From the NCBI GenBank assembly GCA_964016885.1, contig OZ024758.1, positions 31,000,001-31,064,000 of the forward strand: DNA of 64,000 nt. The letters are read 5' to 3'. Made by a program: the position numbers and the translations under genes. The notes beneath the pieces were generated by a model, which worked only from the letters and a program-made list of their open reading frames with translations, searched no databases and was not told the origin of the DNA. Below, in pieces: positions 9,857 to 21,923 of this stretch (position 1 is its first letter; every line of letters starts with the position of its first letter). This DNA comes from Eledone cirrhosa (Eukaryota).

Positions 9857-12800
9857 ATGGATGTGTTAAGAGTAGGATGTTTGAATGCACGTGGCCTGGG
9901 CTCAACTTGGAAGCAAGCAAAGCTTCTAAATGACCTCAGGTCATGTAGTATAAATGTAATGGTTATCTGTGAGACTCGAATCAGCGTCGTGCGGCAGCTG
10001 GCCCCCACCTTCGATGACTTTGAGGTGCATGCATCTCTCTGTCAACCTGGAGGTGGGGGTGGGGTTGTCGTACTGCTGCAAAAACACCTGGGTCTTGCCG
10101 TACAGGTTGTGCACTCGGACCCGGAGGGTCGTTTGTTGGTGCTAGACGTTGGCAGTAGTGAAAGTGCGGCCTTGAGACTGGTCGCCGTCTACTCCCCTTT
10201 CGGAGCTGAACGGCCCGACTTCTTCCAGCGTTTGGAGACTTTTCTGGGAACGTCGCGTTCCCTGCTTCTAGCGGGGGATTGGAATGACATCCTGGATGCA
10301 CGTTGGGACTATGAAGGAGCATGTCCTAATAGAGGGGGGTGTAACAGCCTCAGGGGGTTACTCGACCGTTTTAACTTGGTCGATAGATATCGACTAGATT
10401 TTCCGACTGTGCCTACCAGGACTTGGAGAAACCACAGTGGTCAATCTAGATCGTACTTAGATAGATTCTTAGTTAGAAGTAAGGATAGGGACATATTAAG
10501 CTGTCCAGAAATGCGCACGGTTGGCTACACGGATCACAAATTAGTGACCTGCGTGGTCAATCTCGAGAAAACACATAGACAGGGTCCCGGTTACTGGAAA
10601 CTTAATTTGTCTTTACCGGCAAAAGAGACTTACAGAAACCGGATTAGCAGATTAGTTAAGGAGAGGTTGACGGGTGCAATCGTCAACAACCGATGGTGGG
10701 CATCTCTCAAAAGAGAGATTAGAACAGAATCAATAAGTTATAGCAAGATGTTAGCTGCCGATAGGAATAGAAACGAGAAAGAATTAACAGGTAAATTAGA
10801 AGAGGCAATCAAGAGCGAAGATGTGGCCAGAGTGCTGGCATCGAGGACGGCCTTGAACCAGTTTTTCGATGCAAAGCACGAAGGCTGCGTCATCCGAAGT
10901 AAAATACGTGCTCTAGGTAATGAGGGGGCCAAAGCCGTTGGATGGGCCCGCGTGACAGAAGCTAAGAGTGGAAATCGATCCACCATCCGGTCGTTGCAAG
11001 ACGAAGATGGACGGGTGATCCGGGAGCCTAAGCAGATGTGCGAGGCCTTCCAAAGGCACTTTGCCCGATTGTTCGGGGGAGGCGAGGGTCCGGGCGGGGG
11101 CGTGGATTTCGGTCCATACCTCGATGGCCTGCCGCGTCTCTCGAACGAAGAGGCAGAGTCCTGCGAGGGACCAATCTCGGCTGATGAAATAGGAGATGCG
11201 CTGAGCCAATGCAGCAGACGCAAATCTCCAGGTCTCGATGGTATACCTTACGAACTTTATTTAGCAATGCCGGTCTTCTTCTCCGAACTCCTCGAAGCGG
11301 TCTACTGCAATGGGCAGCAGAACGGGAGAATTCCTTGTTCTGTAGCCAAGGGCGTAGTCACGCTGGTGAGGAAGGACGAGAACAAGGGGGATAATATAAA
11401 TAATTTTCGGCCCATAACCCTGCTAAACACAGAGTTAAAGATTTTGGCCAAGGTGTTAGCAAAGAGGTTGGCGCTTGTCGTGGGTGGCCTGGTGGGAGAT
11501 GCGCAGACATGTGCTATCCCATCCAGGTCCATTCACGATAACCTCCACCTCATGCGATACATCATAGAGAGGGTTGGCAACAAACCCGGCTTCGGTGGGG
11601 CCCTGAACAACTTAGATCAGTCTAAGGCCTTCGATAGGGTCGACCATGGTTACCTGGATGCGGTGCTAGCGGCGGCTGGATTCGGTCCTGTTTTCAGAGG
11701 CTGGATCACTGCCCTACATAGCAACCACATCTGTTCTAGGATCAAGGTGAACGGCTACCTTTCGAAGCCGTTCGAAATCACACGATCCATTCGACAGGGG
11801 TGCCCTCTCTCCTCCCTTCTGTACGTATTGACTCTCGAGCCTTTACTGAGGAAGTTGGAGTTGTTGCAGGGTATCCCCCTGGAACCAGGATTGAGCAAAG
11901 CGGTGTCGGCCTACGTCGATGACGTAACAGTAATGGTATCAACCGACTCGGAGATCGAGGCGATCGGTACCTTACTGGAGGAGTACGAAAGGTTGTCAGG
12001 AGCGAAACTGAACCGGGGAAAATCCATCGGGCTGCAACTCGGAACGTGGAGAGGCAGACCGATGCCTCCTGACGGTGTCGTCGGACACTGGACGGAGGGC
12101 CCGGTAAAGTTGCTTGGGGTCTGGTTTGGACCGGACCTCCAGGTGGAAAAGAACTGGAACGAGGTTACGAACAAGGTGTTTGCACTAACCCAGAAATGGG
12201 CCAAGTGTAAGCTGTCCCTAAAAGGCCGGGCGGAGGTGGCGAACATTTACATAGCGTCCGTCACTTACTACCGCCTGACTGTCGTGCCGTGCCCCAAGGA
12301 AACACTCACCACCATGGAACGCATGCTCTTCCAATTTCTTTGGAAGAAGCGTCCTCCTATGGTGAGAAGATCCATCTGCTGCCAACAACCTTCGAAAGGA
12401 GGGCTGGGGATGCCGTGGTTGATGATGCGTAGGCACGCATTAAGGCTACGGCACCTACAGGTATTCCTCACTGGTCAAACGGTGTGGGCTCCGTTCGTGA
12501 AACGGGCCTTTCCGAGACTCGTCTCGCTCACCGAGCTACAGTCCTGGGTCAAGCAAAGATCCGGAAAACTGGGAGATTGGCACACTGAGTGTGCTCAGGC
12601 GCTCAGGGCTCTCTGGCAAGCGGGCCAGGCCATCGGTGGAGAATCCACCTCATCATTCTATAGAGGGCTGGTGGCTAGCAGGGGCGATGACACCCTTTGG
12701 AGAGTCGTTGGACATGGAAGAAGACGAACTGGCCAGCCTGTTCGGTAGGACTTTCGGCCCAGGACCAATGGACAACTTCCAGAAGTCACTGGCCTGGCAG

Positions 12801-13295
12801 TGCTACCGAGGGGCTCTACCCGTTCGAGAGAGGCTCTACAGACACGGGCGCCCGGACAGGGATCCCTCAAAAAAGATTTGCCCTAGATGCGTGCGTCACG
12901 AAGAAACCGTTGCGCACGCATTGGTGCAATGTCCGGGCGTGGCTGATCTGTGGGGCTACACCGAACGACTGCTGTCGCGGGTGGCGCCGATTCAATTGAC
13001 CGCCGAGTCCGTGATGACAATCAAACCGCCTCCCCTCTTCACAAAGGAAGCAAAGGCGGTTTTTCTGTGCGTAATAGCCATGTTGAAAGAGGTTGTTTGG
13101 TGGACACGATTGAAAGGTCTGAGGTCAGGCAACTTCCTCTCTGGCCATAGTCTGGTCTACTTCTTCCGATATCACTTCGGAAGAAGGATAAGAATGGAGA
13201 GAGAGGTGCTTGGCCACAGGCAGTTTTATGAAAGGTGGGTGATAGTGGCGAGAATGGCTCGTGTAAATGGGCCTTCTCTGTATACCATCCTGTAG
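9857..13295 (+). pseudogene. Tx1 ORF2 (APE-RT-ZnF) with +1 frameshift near 12696
   Basis: CACCCTTTGGAG here versus CACCCTTGGAG in the 679-1901 copy; RT motif reads YVDD. Confidence 0.9.
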
Positions 13296-13531
13296 GTAAA
13301 GAAGTAAAGGAGAGGGGAGCACCTTCTCCATGTGCTCCCCGGGCAAAGGATTGCACACTTTTTCGGGGGTGTGTGCAACCCCCATCACGTCCCCTCCCTT
13401 TTGAGGTTATTTTCGATTATTTTCATGTTACACCCTTTTTACTCGATTGTATGTAAACTCCCCCTTTGTATTTGTCCCTTCTTTTTATGCCTTTATGGTA
13501 AATAAAGAAATCTATCTATCTATCTATCTAT

Positions 13532-13740
13532 AGGGTTGCACACTTTTTTCGGGGGTGTGTGCGACCCCCCAAGGCGCCTCCTCTCTATTGAGGATTTTGT
13601 TAAAAATTTTATTTTTTGTTATATCTTATTTTATTTTTATATTTTGTTATTGCCTCCTCCTTATTGAGGACGCCTTTTTGTGTAAACTCCCCCCTTTGTA
13701 CTTGTCCCACTTTTGATGCCCTAGTGGCAAATAAAAGAAA
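13532..13740 (+). mobile_element. 5'-truncated Tx1 subfamily B 3' UTR
   Basis: Nearly identical to 7434-7641; flanked by (TATC)n. Confidence 0.92.
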
Positions 13741-13766
13741 TATATCTATCTATCTATCTATCTATC

Positions 13767-14022
13767 TCTCTTTCTGCCTGACGCGTGGAACATCGCCGGT
13801 AAGATTGTTTGTAAATTTATATACGAAAAACAGAAAAAATTGTTTGAAAAAACATATTATTTCGTAGATTAACCCCCAAGCTAAATTGTCAGCTGGGTGG
13901 TAATGCCATTCTGATTTAATTTAATTTAAAAATTGTTTTAAAATATCAAATTTTACCAACTATAAAACATGAATAACACGAATGGAAAGCTGGAGAACGT
14001 CGACAGAGAAAAGAGAGAGAAA
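13767..14022 (+). mobile_element. Probable 5' end of a third Tx1 subfamily (C), 3'-truncated
   Basis: Follows (TATC)n; shares the TAAG-T-TGTTT-AAATTT motif and the GTAG-hairpin with RAAYTGTC loop with the A/B 5' UTRs; ATG near 13969. Confidence 0.55.
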
Positions 14023-14113
14023 GATATATATATGAACGGCTATAACTCATACGAGCTGGTAGTTAGCATTATATTTGCGGACCGTGGGACATATGTCCTA
14101 TAGAAAGGAAATA

Positions 14114-14192
14114 GCTATCTGATGAAATCTACTTTCCGTTGGAAATTCTCTGAATTTCCAATCTTTTGTGGATGGAAACCGCCGGTAATAGC
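14114..14192 (+). ncRNA. Type I hammerhead ribozyme with extended stem II
   Basis: GCTAT-CTGATGA-[ATCTAC..TTGGAAATTC/GAATTTCCAA..GTGGAT]-GAAA-CCGCCGG-TA-ATAGC; stem I GCTAT/ATAGC. Confidence 0.85.
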
Positions 14193-14384
14193 ATTATGAA
14201 CAGGTAAATATTTAAATTATTTTTTAATTTATTTAAAGGATTGTTTAATGTTTGTTTGTTCTGCTCATCAATTTCTATAGTTCTGGTATCTATAATTAGT
14301 ACCATAGAACAACAATTATATTATAGACACCCTATATATATCTCTATGGGTACTTAGTACTCAGTGAGATATTTACCTCATTTT

Positions 14385-14428
<44 letters not shown>

Positions 14429-14488
14429 TATATATATACATATATATATACACACTCACACACATATATATGTGTGTGAGTGTGTGTA

Positions 14489-14524
<36 letters not shown>

Positions 14525-14579
14525 CATATATATATACATATATATATACACACACTCACACACATATATATGTGTGTGA

Positions 14580-14610
<31 letters not shown>

Positions 14611-14967
14611 CATATATATATACACACACTCACACACATATATATGTGTGAGTCTGTGTGTGGGTGTATGTGTGCGTGTGTGTCTATCTATGTGTCTATT
14701 TGTCTATCTGTCTGTATACCTATATATATATAGAGATAGAGAAATAGATAGACACATTTCTCGTATATCAAGACCTCTTCTATCGTTCTTATTATTTACC
14801 AACCACCTCCCATCTTCTTTTTCTATCATTTAACGAAATACATTTCTATTTATATATTTGGTTAATTATTCAATTGAATAATTCTAATTCTTTCATGTCT
14901 CATTGTCTCCCTTTCTTTTCCTCACTCTTCAATATTTCACTTAACTTCTTTTATTGCCCGGTCTTTC

Positions 14968-15020
<53 letters not shown>

Positions 15021-15209
15021 CCACCTCTCTCACTCTCTGTCCATGTATCCCTCTGCCTTTCCTCCTCCCTCTCCGTTTCCGTGTCCCCTCTATCTTTCCA
15101 TCTCCCTCGCCCCCCCCCTCTCTGACTCCATCTCACTCTTTCTCTGTCTTTCCTCCTCCCACCTCCCTCTCTCTGTCCTTGCATCTCTCTACCTTTCCTC
15201 CTCCCTTTC

Positions 15210-15297
<88 letters not shown>

Positions 15298-15431
15298 ATA
15301 ATGTAACATTACCAGTTCCCCGATTATTCTACGTTGAACCAACTTAATCAGCCACCTTAATGCTGAGCGATACCATTTTAGATTCTTTGAATATATTCAA
15401 ATGGAGAAAGAAAGAAAACCGGAATGAAATA

Positions 15432-15492
<61 letters not shown>
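14385..15492. repeat. Compound microsatellites (TA)n/(CA)n, (CT)n and (GAAA)n
   Basis: Directly visible. Confidence 0.9.
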
Positions 15493-15494
<2 letters not shown>

Positions 15495-16146
15495 TCAGAG
15501 AGCAAGATTGAGAGAGATATAGATAAACATTTAAACAGAAATAAAGTGAAATGCAGGGAAATGATAAGGGACTTATGTTCGGTATCTGTCGATCATCAGC
15601 AAATCAGTTGCTAGGATAAGGATAGCAGATTTTATATTCATGTCTTTACTTCGGAAATCTAAAAGGGGAATAATTCCTCTCTTTAGGGAACAAACATTTC
15701 AAAGAACTATATGCAAGATGTCAGATTAATGTCGAACATCTCATTGTCATTCATATTCTTTAAACCTCTTATCTCTTTGATGTTTAAATTACTTTATGTT
15801 ATTTTAAGCTAACATAGTTTAATTCTCTTCAGATTCTATTTAGACTTAGAATTCAATCTGGAATTTATAAAGCTCGTAACTTTTCACAAATTATTTAATG
15901 AGATCTGTAGATCCTGTTGTCCAATAGTTATACTATCATCTATGTTGGAATAGTGATTTCGTGATTTCTTGTGAGAAATCACAAGACTTATATATATATA
16001 TATGGATATATATGGATATATATATAAATATATATATAATATATAAAATCAAAAGATGGTTAAAAGAGTTCCATGTATTTTATTATGCGCTATCCGATAT
16101 CTGCATTGCTTTATTGTACTACAATAAAACTCACCTCCTACATTAA

Positions 16147-16171
<25 letters not shown>

Positions 16172-16177
<6 letters not shown>

Positions 16178-16377
16178 TGTAATAAACAACATAAGATAAT
16201 TATTTCATTTACCAGTGGTTTCTTGAAGGCAGATAATTATATCTGTCTTCAGTCATCAAAAAGAATAGTAAGGAATCTTACTATTCTTTCTGATGACTGA
16301 AGACAGCCATAACTATCTGTCCTCAAGAAACCACTGGTAAATGAAATAATTATCTTATGTTGTTTATTACATAACTA
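16172..16377. mobile_element. Fold-back element (~100-bp arms) with HHR motif at 16282-16348 (+)
   Basis: Arms 16172-16271 and 16277-16377; CTGATGA-[TGAAGACAG..CTGTCCTCA]-GAAA-CCACTGG-TA. Confidence 0.75.
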
Positions 16378-16727
16378 AAAAGCTCTGTAGCCTACATAGA
16401 GCACTCTCTTTTCCTTTACCTTTCCTACGGAAATACTTCATCCAAAGCTAATAACTTGCATGCCCCGCAAGTGGATTTTGTTGATTTCGGATTTACAGAA
16501 ACGTAGCGGAGATATTGTATAATATCGATGAGATGGTAGAGGTTTGTCAAATTTTCCTGAGTCAGTTTTTTCGTTGCTTTGGTCCCTGCGGCTGGCTCAC
16601 CGGTCGCTGTCTAAACGTAATGTTATTACTCTAAGGTAAAATACCTTATTGAGTGCTTAGCTGCACATTCCGATTGCATTCGTTAGCTTAGCTGCAGCCA
16701 GAGCTTCGGTTATGCTGTACTTCCATT

Positions 16728-16798
<71 letters not shown>

Positions 16799-16869
16799 GT
16801 ACATTGAACTGCGTTCACAGGTGGTATGCCAAGATGAACACTCGATGTTATCGATAATAATAGTAATAA

Positions 16870-17177
16870 GGGAACAAAGAATCAGTGTTGTAACATATAC
16901 ATATTTTAATCACACATTAGATATGTTTCACTGCCGATCAGCTCGAGCAACGATCGATTATATTTGTTCCTGACTCAGGAATAGAAAATTCCTCAGAAAT
17001 GTGTTATCACATATAGACACATTTGGACGTGAGTCTATATGTGAGAACACAGATATGAGGAATCTTCGATTCCAGAGTCAGGAACAAACATAATTGATCG
17101 TTCCTCGAGCTGATCGGCAGTGAAACATATGTAATGTGTGATTAAATATTCCATATGATACTGATTCTTTGATCCCT
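16870..17177. mobile_element. Fold-back element with diverged arms and an HHR-like motif (minus, ~16903-17005)
   Basis: Arms 16870-17018 and 17033-17177; CACAT..CTGAGGA...GAAA-CATATG-TA-ATGTG. Confidence 0.65.
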
Positions 17178-17179
17178 GA

Positions 17180-17276
<97 letters not shown>

Positions 17277-17278
17277 TA

Positions 17279-17407
17279 GAATAACAGTTTAAGCAAAGAC
17301 TCGCTGCTTTCACCCTTAACGGGATCTTCTGAAACTGAAACTGAAACTGAAAAAAAAAAATCCTTATCGAGCCCTCTTTGGATTTTAGTCTTCAAATTTA
17401 TTATTAT

Positions 17408-17411
<4 letters not shown>
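17279..17411. mobile_element. Fragments of short repeat family H2 (also 44313-44365, 44499-44630, 58476-58510, 58829-59175)
   Basis: Shared TAGTAATAATAAATTTGAAGACTAAAATCCAAAGAGGGCTCGATAAGG sequence; most copies adjoin (TA)n. Confidence 0.75.
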
Positions 17412-17453
<42 letters not shown>

Positions 17454-17456
<3 letters not shown>

Positions 17457-17911
17457 TGTATGTATAATATATTTGGTAATATACCGTATGTTTAATCAAA
17501 AACATTTAGAAGACCATACGCTATCGCTTTTAAAGTAGTGACTATTTCACTTACTTCTTTTCGGCTGGTTGGCGATCATCAGGACCACATACTCCCCTCC
17601 TTCCGCCGAAAATTATAGAAGCTGGATACTTATAGAATTCCAGTAATAATCAGGAGCTGATTATACAGAGCGATTGCCAGTCCAGCAAAAATTAGGTATT
17701 AGGATTGGTGCTCTGAAATATCGATGTATACATGAATGTATGTATAGTATGTTTGGCAATATACCGTATGTTTGATTAAAAACATTTAGAAGACCATACT
17801 TTAAAACCGATAGCGTATGGTCTTCTAAATGTTTTAAATTAAAAATACGGTATATTGCGAAATATACTATACATACATTCATGTATACATCGTTATTTCA
17901 GAGCACCAATC

Positions 17912-17915
<4 letters not shown>
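17454..17915. mobile_element. ~280-bp unit with partial direct repeat plus inverted copy; HHR-like core on minus strand
   Basis: 17454-17520 recurs at 17734-17799; 17806-17915 is inverted; minus strand CTGATGA...GAAATAGTC at ~17535-17588. Confidence 0.6.
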
Positions 17916-17948
<33 letters not shown>

Positions 17949-18072
17949 ATTTGCATAGCTGTCTAAACGTAATGTTATAACTCTAAGGTAAAATTCCTTA
18001 TTGAGTGCTTTCCGACAGCATTCGTTAGCTTGCCCGCAACCAGAGCTTCGATCATGCTGTACTACTTTATTG

Positions 18073-18106
<34 letters not shown>

Positions 18107-18107
18107 A

Positions 18108-18570
18108 AGTTATATTTAAAATTGTTGGGTTACAACTAGTAAATATTTATAACTGATATAAAAGCACTCGACAAATATTTGGAGTATATATACAATATTA
18201 AATAAATGGAAAACTATATTTATAAAACCATATTTATTTCATTATATATATTTCGGGGATATCATATTAACAATATGCTATGCCTTCATCAGACAAAATA
18301 CAATATAAACAGTTTTATAGATAAATATATTCGACATACCGTAATAAACATCAACTTCATTTGAAGAGGTTTACTGCTAGCGTAAACCTCTTCAAATGAA
18401 GTTGATGTTTATTACGGTATGTCGAATATATTTATCTATAAAACTGTTTATATTGTATTTTGTCTGATGAAGGCATAGCATATTGTTAATATGATATCCC
18501 CGAAATATATATAATGAAATAAATATGGTTTTATAAATATAGTTTTCCATTTATTTAATATTGTATATAT
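18108..18570. mobile_element. Family H1 fold-back element with near-perfect ~185-bp arms and HHR at 18456-18521 (+)
   Basis: Centre GAGGTTTAC-TGCTAGC-GTAAACCTC; CTGATGA-stem II-GAAA-TATATA-TA-ATGAAATA followed by AATAAA. Confidence 0.8.
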
Positions 18571-19372
18571 ATATATATATATATATTACTGAGATAACTG
18601 CGATAATATCAGAGCTTCAAATATTCATAGAGAGACCCTTGTTTGTTGATTATACATAAACATATCATATTTGTCTCTGCATAAATCCTATTATGCACTG
18701 TCCTATGTTAATGTTAATGTCAATTCCACACTATATCCGTATGAGTATATCTACTCGTGGTTTCACATACAAAGCACCATATAAGTTATAAGCTTATTCT
18801 TGTCACTGTACCGAGTGAGGAAATATCCCGATGACATGACTGGCATTGTCGTACGGCTAGATAGCTAAAACGTGATCATAATTTAGTATGGTTGTCGCCG
18901 GGTGGTCCGAGAGAAAAGTTTGGTGGCCCGCAGAAAAATTTGGATATTATTTGCACAAAATTTGGGCATATGTTTTATTAATAATAAAGCAAAAATAATA
19001 TTCGGTTAAAAGATTTTTCATAAACCCCAAAAAAAACTTTTTAATAGATTCATGTCATATTCATTAAATAGAAGTTCTCTGATCATCATTTTACAAATGT
19101 ATTTATCTTTTTTTAAAGATTCATATTTGTGGTCCGCGGGATTTAAAATAATGAATTTAGTGGTCCGTAATGTCTGGAATGTGGATGACCACTGATTTAG
19201 AGTATCCATTAATTGTGTTAACTGTGATAGTTGTAACTGAGTAATTGTATTTCTTGTTGAGTGTCATGCCTGGTTTAGGATAGTTGCATTTGTTTACCTT
19301 CTCTTTGATGTTGGGGGATGTTGATTTTATGTCAGAAGTAATTTCATGTGTGTGTGTGTGTGTGTGTGTCTG

Positions 19373-19443
<71 letters not shown>

Positions 19444-19614
19444 TCACTGGGGTGAACACTATCAACCTTAATGTACCGAAGTTGTTGTCATTTCCAAAGG
19501 TTGACTGAGGAGATGGCACTGTCCGTTCTTCCATTGTCTTTGTCCCCCCCCCCGCCGCCCCTGTTTTGAATTCATATTTGAAAGTCTTACCCATTGCAGG
19601 CTTTATTTGAAACA

Positions 19615-19677
<63 letters not shown>

Positions 19678-19680
<3 letters not shown>

Positions 19681-20088
19681 AAGTTAAATAAAAGTCAAAT
19701 GATTAAAATTTAGCTTCGTTTATTACTGCTATATATATTTCAGTGACAGCCATCTTTGGCTGTAACCTCTTCAGGCAGTTTGAATTAGTATGGTATAGAC
19801 AAGTACATATGTTGTTTAGGTGTATATTATTGTCAATACTCTGATATGCCCAGTTCCTTGTTGGGTTGTTAATTCACAGTTCCTCAGTGAATTAACAACC
19901 CAACAAGAAACTGGGCATATCAGAGTATTGACAATATCATACACCTAAACAACATATGTACTTGTCTATACCATACTAATTCAAACTGCCTGAAGAGGTC
20001 ACAGCCAAAGATGGCTGTCACTGAAATATATATAGCAGTAATAAACGAAGCTAAATTTTAATCATTTGACTTTTATTTAACTTTATTT
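19678..20088. mobile_element. Fold-back element with ~200-bp near-perfect arms
   Basis: 19678-19879 is the reverse complement of 19886-20087; left end abuts (TA)n; related copy at 29320-29430. Confidence 0.9.
19985..20039 (+). ncRNA. Type I hammerhead ribozyme (mirror copy on minus strand at ~19725-19780)
   Basis: ACTGC-CTGAAGA-GGTCACAGCCA-AAGA-TGGCTGTCACT-GAAA-TATATA-TA-GCAGT, then AATAAA. Confidence 0.88.
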
Positions 20089-20189
20089 TACACTACTCCG
20101 GAGTAACCAAACCAACCTGCGCACTTCGTCGAGTGCTCCAGCCTGCATACTGAGGTGTTGGTATACAACCAACATAAACTCAAAATCTC

Positions 20190-20280
<91 letters not shown>

Positions 20281-20470
20281 ATTTGACCAGTTTTAAACTA
20301 GTTAGACCATTGTTCAGCAGAATGCTTGATACTGAGGATAGTAGAGTGTAAATATATTAAGGAGCTTCGACAGCAAATTCCAGACCGAAATTTGCTATCG
20401 AAACGGCAAGAGCTCAGCCGTCGTGCCCCGACTCTCTAATACTTATACACACACACACATACACACACAT

Positions 20471-20532
<62 letters not shown>

Positions 20533-20750
20533 CGAAGGAAATGTGGTAAAGAACCAGGTGGACCATAACGCACCAAAGTACTCAATAATTAGGGTAGTAG
20601 AGTGGGTAATAGGAACGAGTAGGACCCCAACGGCTGAGATCAAGCCGTTTCGACGGCTAATTCTGGACTAAAAAAAAAAGAAAGAGTTAGCCGTCGAAAC
20701 GGCTTGAGCTCAGCCGTCGGTTCCTACTCGTTTATATATATATATATATA

Positions 20751-21310
20751 TAAGAGAGTATTGAAGTTTGCTTGAAGCATTGTGGAACAATAAGTAAATA
20801 TATTTAGGTTGTTTGGAAGCCTCGACAATGCAAATGGGTAAATCTCCGGGTAACGAGGTCCGGTGGTGGAGAGAGAGATGTAAGTGGGTGTACGTTGAGA
20901 TGCGTGGTTTGTATAAGATGTGTGAGATGTGTAGAATGAAGGGAAGAGTATAAAGGATAGAATAAAAATAACAACACAAGAGATATTCAAAACAACAAAC
21001 AGCGAAGGACGCATTCCGGACCTGTCCGACAGACAACCTTTTCCCCCACCCCGGAAAAAAAACCCAGTTGATGGATGTGAATCCGAAATATATAGGGACT
21101 ATTAAATCTCTCCCAAGGTAACTCTCTCTTGTGTTGTTATTTTTATTCTATCCTTTATACTCTTCCCTTCATTCTACACATCTCACACATCTTATACACA
21201 CCACGCATCTCAACGTTCACCCACTTACATCTCTCTCTCCACCACCGGACCTTGTTACCCGGAGATTTACCCATTTGCATTGTCGAGGCTTCCAAACGAC
21301 TTAAAGATAT
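20751..21310. mobile_element. Solo fold-back terminal repeat (pLTR) of the Penelope element at 36548-40590
   Basis: 20981-21245 matches 40330-40590; 20751-20978 matches 36546-36775. Confidence 0.85.
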
Positions 21311-21311
21311 T

Positions 21312-21389
<78 letters not shown>

Positions 21390-21390
<1 letters not shown>

Positions 21391-21742
21391 CCAAAGATTA
21401 ATATGGTTCATTGATTGCTCAACGAATACAATATTACAATAGATTAGAAGCACTCAACAAGAGATTTTCCTGGGGTTTTTAATATTATTCAAAATGTTAA
21501 TAAATGAAAAATATTCTCATAATCAAAATATATATTTTATTATACATATTTCAAAGGTACAATGGTGTTTAAGTACGTTTTCATCAGACAAAATATATGA
21601 TTTGATATGTGACATACCGCTACGGTTTTGATTCCAGTATTAGCAGACTGCCAATAAACACCATTGTACCATTGAAATATGTATAATAAAATATATATTA
21701 TGATTATGAGATTATTTTTCATTTATTAACATTTTGAATAAT
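21390..21742. mobile_element. Family H1-related fold-back element with HHR (minus, ~21535-21596)
   Basis: Minus strand TATTTTGT-CTGATGA-AAACGTAC..GTACCTTT-GAAA-TATGTA-TA-ATAAAATA; inverted partial copy at 21655-21742. Confidence 0.7.
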
Positions 21743-21876
21743 ATATATATATATATGAAGAGAACACCTTAAATGGTTATTATGCAATCACATTGATGTC
21801 TTCGAAATACATATAACAGGATTATATAATAAACAGAAGATGTACATTTAAAACCGTATATCTTCTTTATGATAAG

Positions 21877-21923
<47 letters not shown>

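Larger units (their letters stand above)
7692..13510 (+). mobile_element. Full-length Tx1-type retrotransposon (subfamily A) with ORF2 frameshift
   Basis: Same architecture as 1969-7641; bounded by (TATC)n. Confidence 0.92.

Noticed and set aside
2191-13456. Short antisense and alternate-frame ORFs inside the Tx1 elements
   Set aside because: Shadow ORFs from codon and strand bias; they recur only because the elements are homologous
445-13740. Tx1 array as a tandem segmental duplication or LTR element (B 3' UTR at both ends)
   Set aside because: Fragments have different 5' truncation points and independent mutations; ORF2 is APE-RT with no integrase or protease
18890-19196. hAT-like DNA transposon end (minus CAGTGGTC..., repeated GTGGTCCG)
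   Set aside because: No matching second TIR or target-site duplication found
20330-20730. GAAAC-GGC...GCCG-TC half motifs (three copies)
   Set aside because: Only the 3' half of an HHR; no properly placed CUGANGA or stem I
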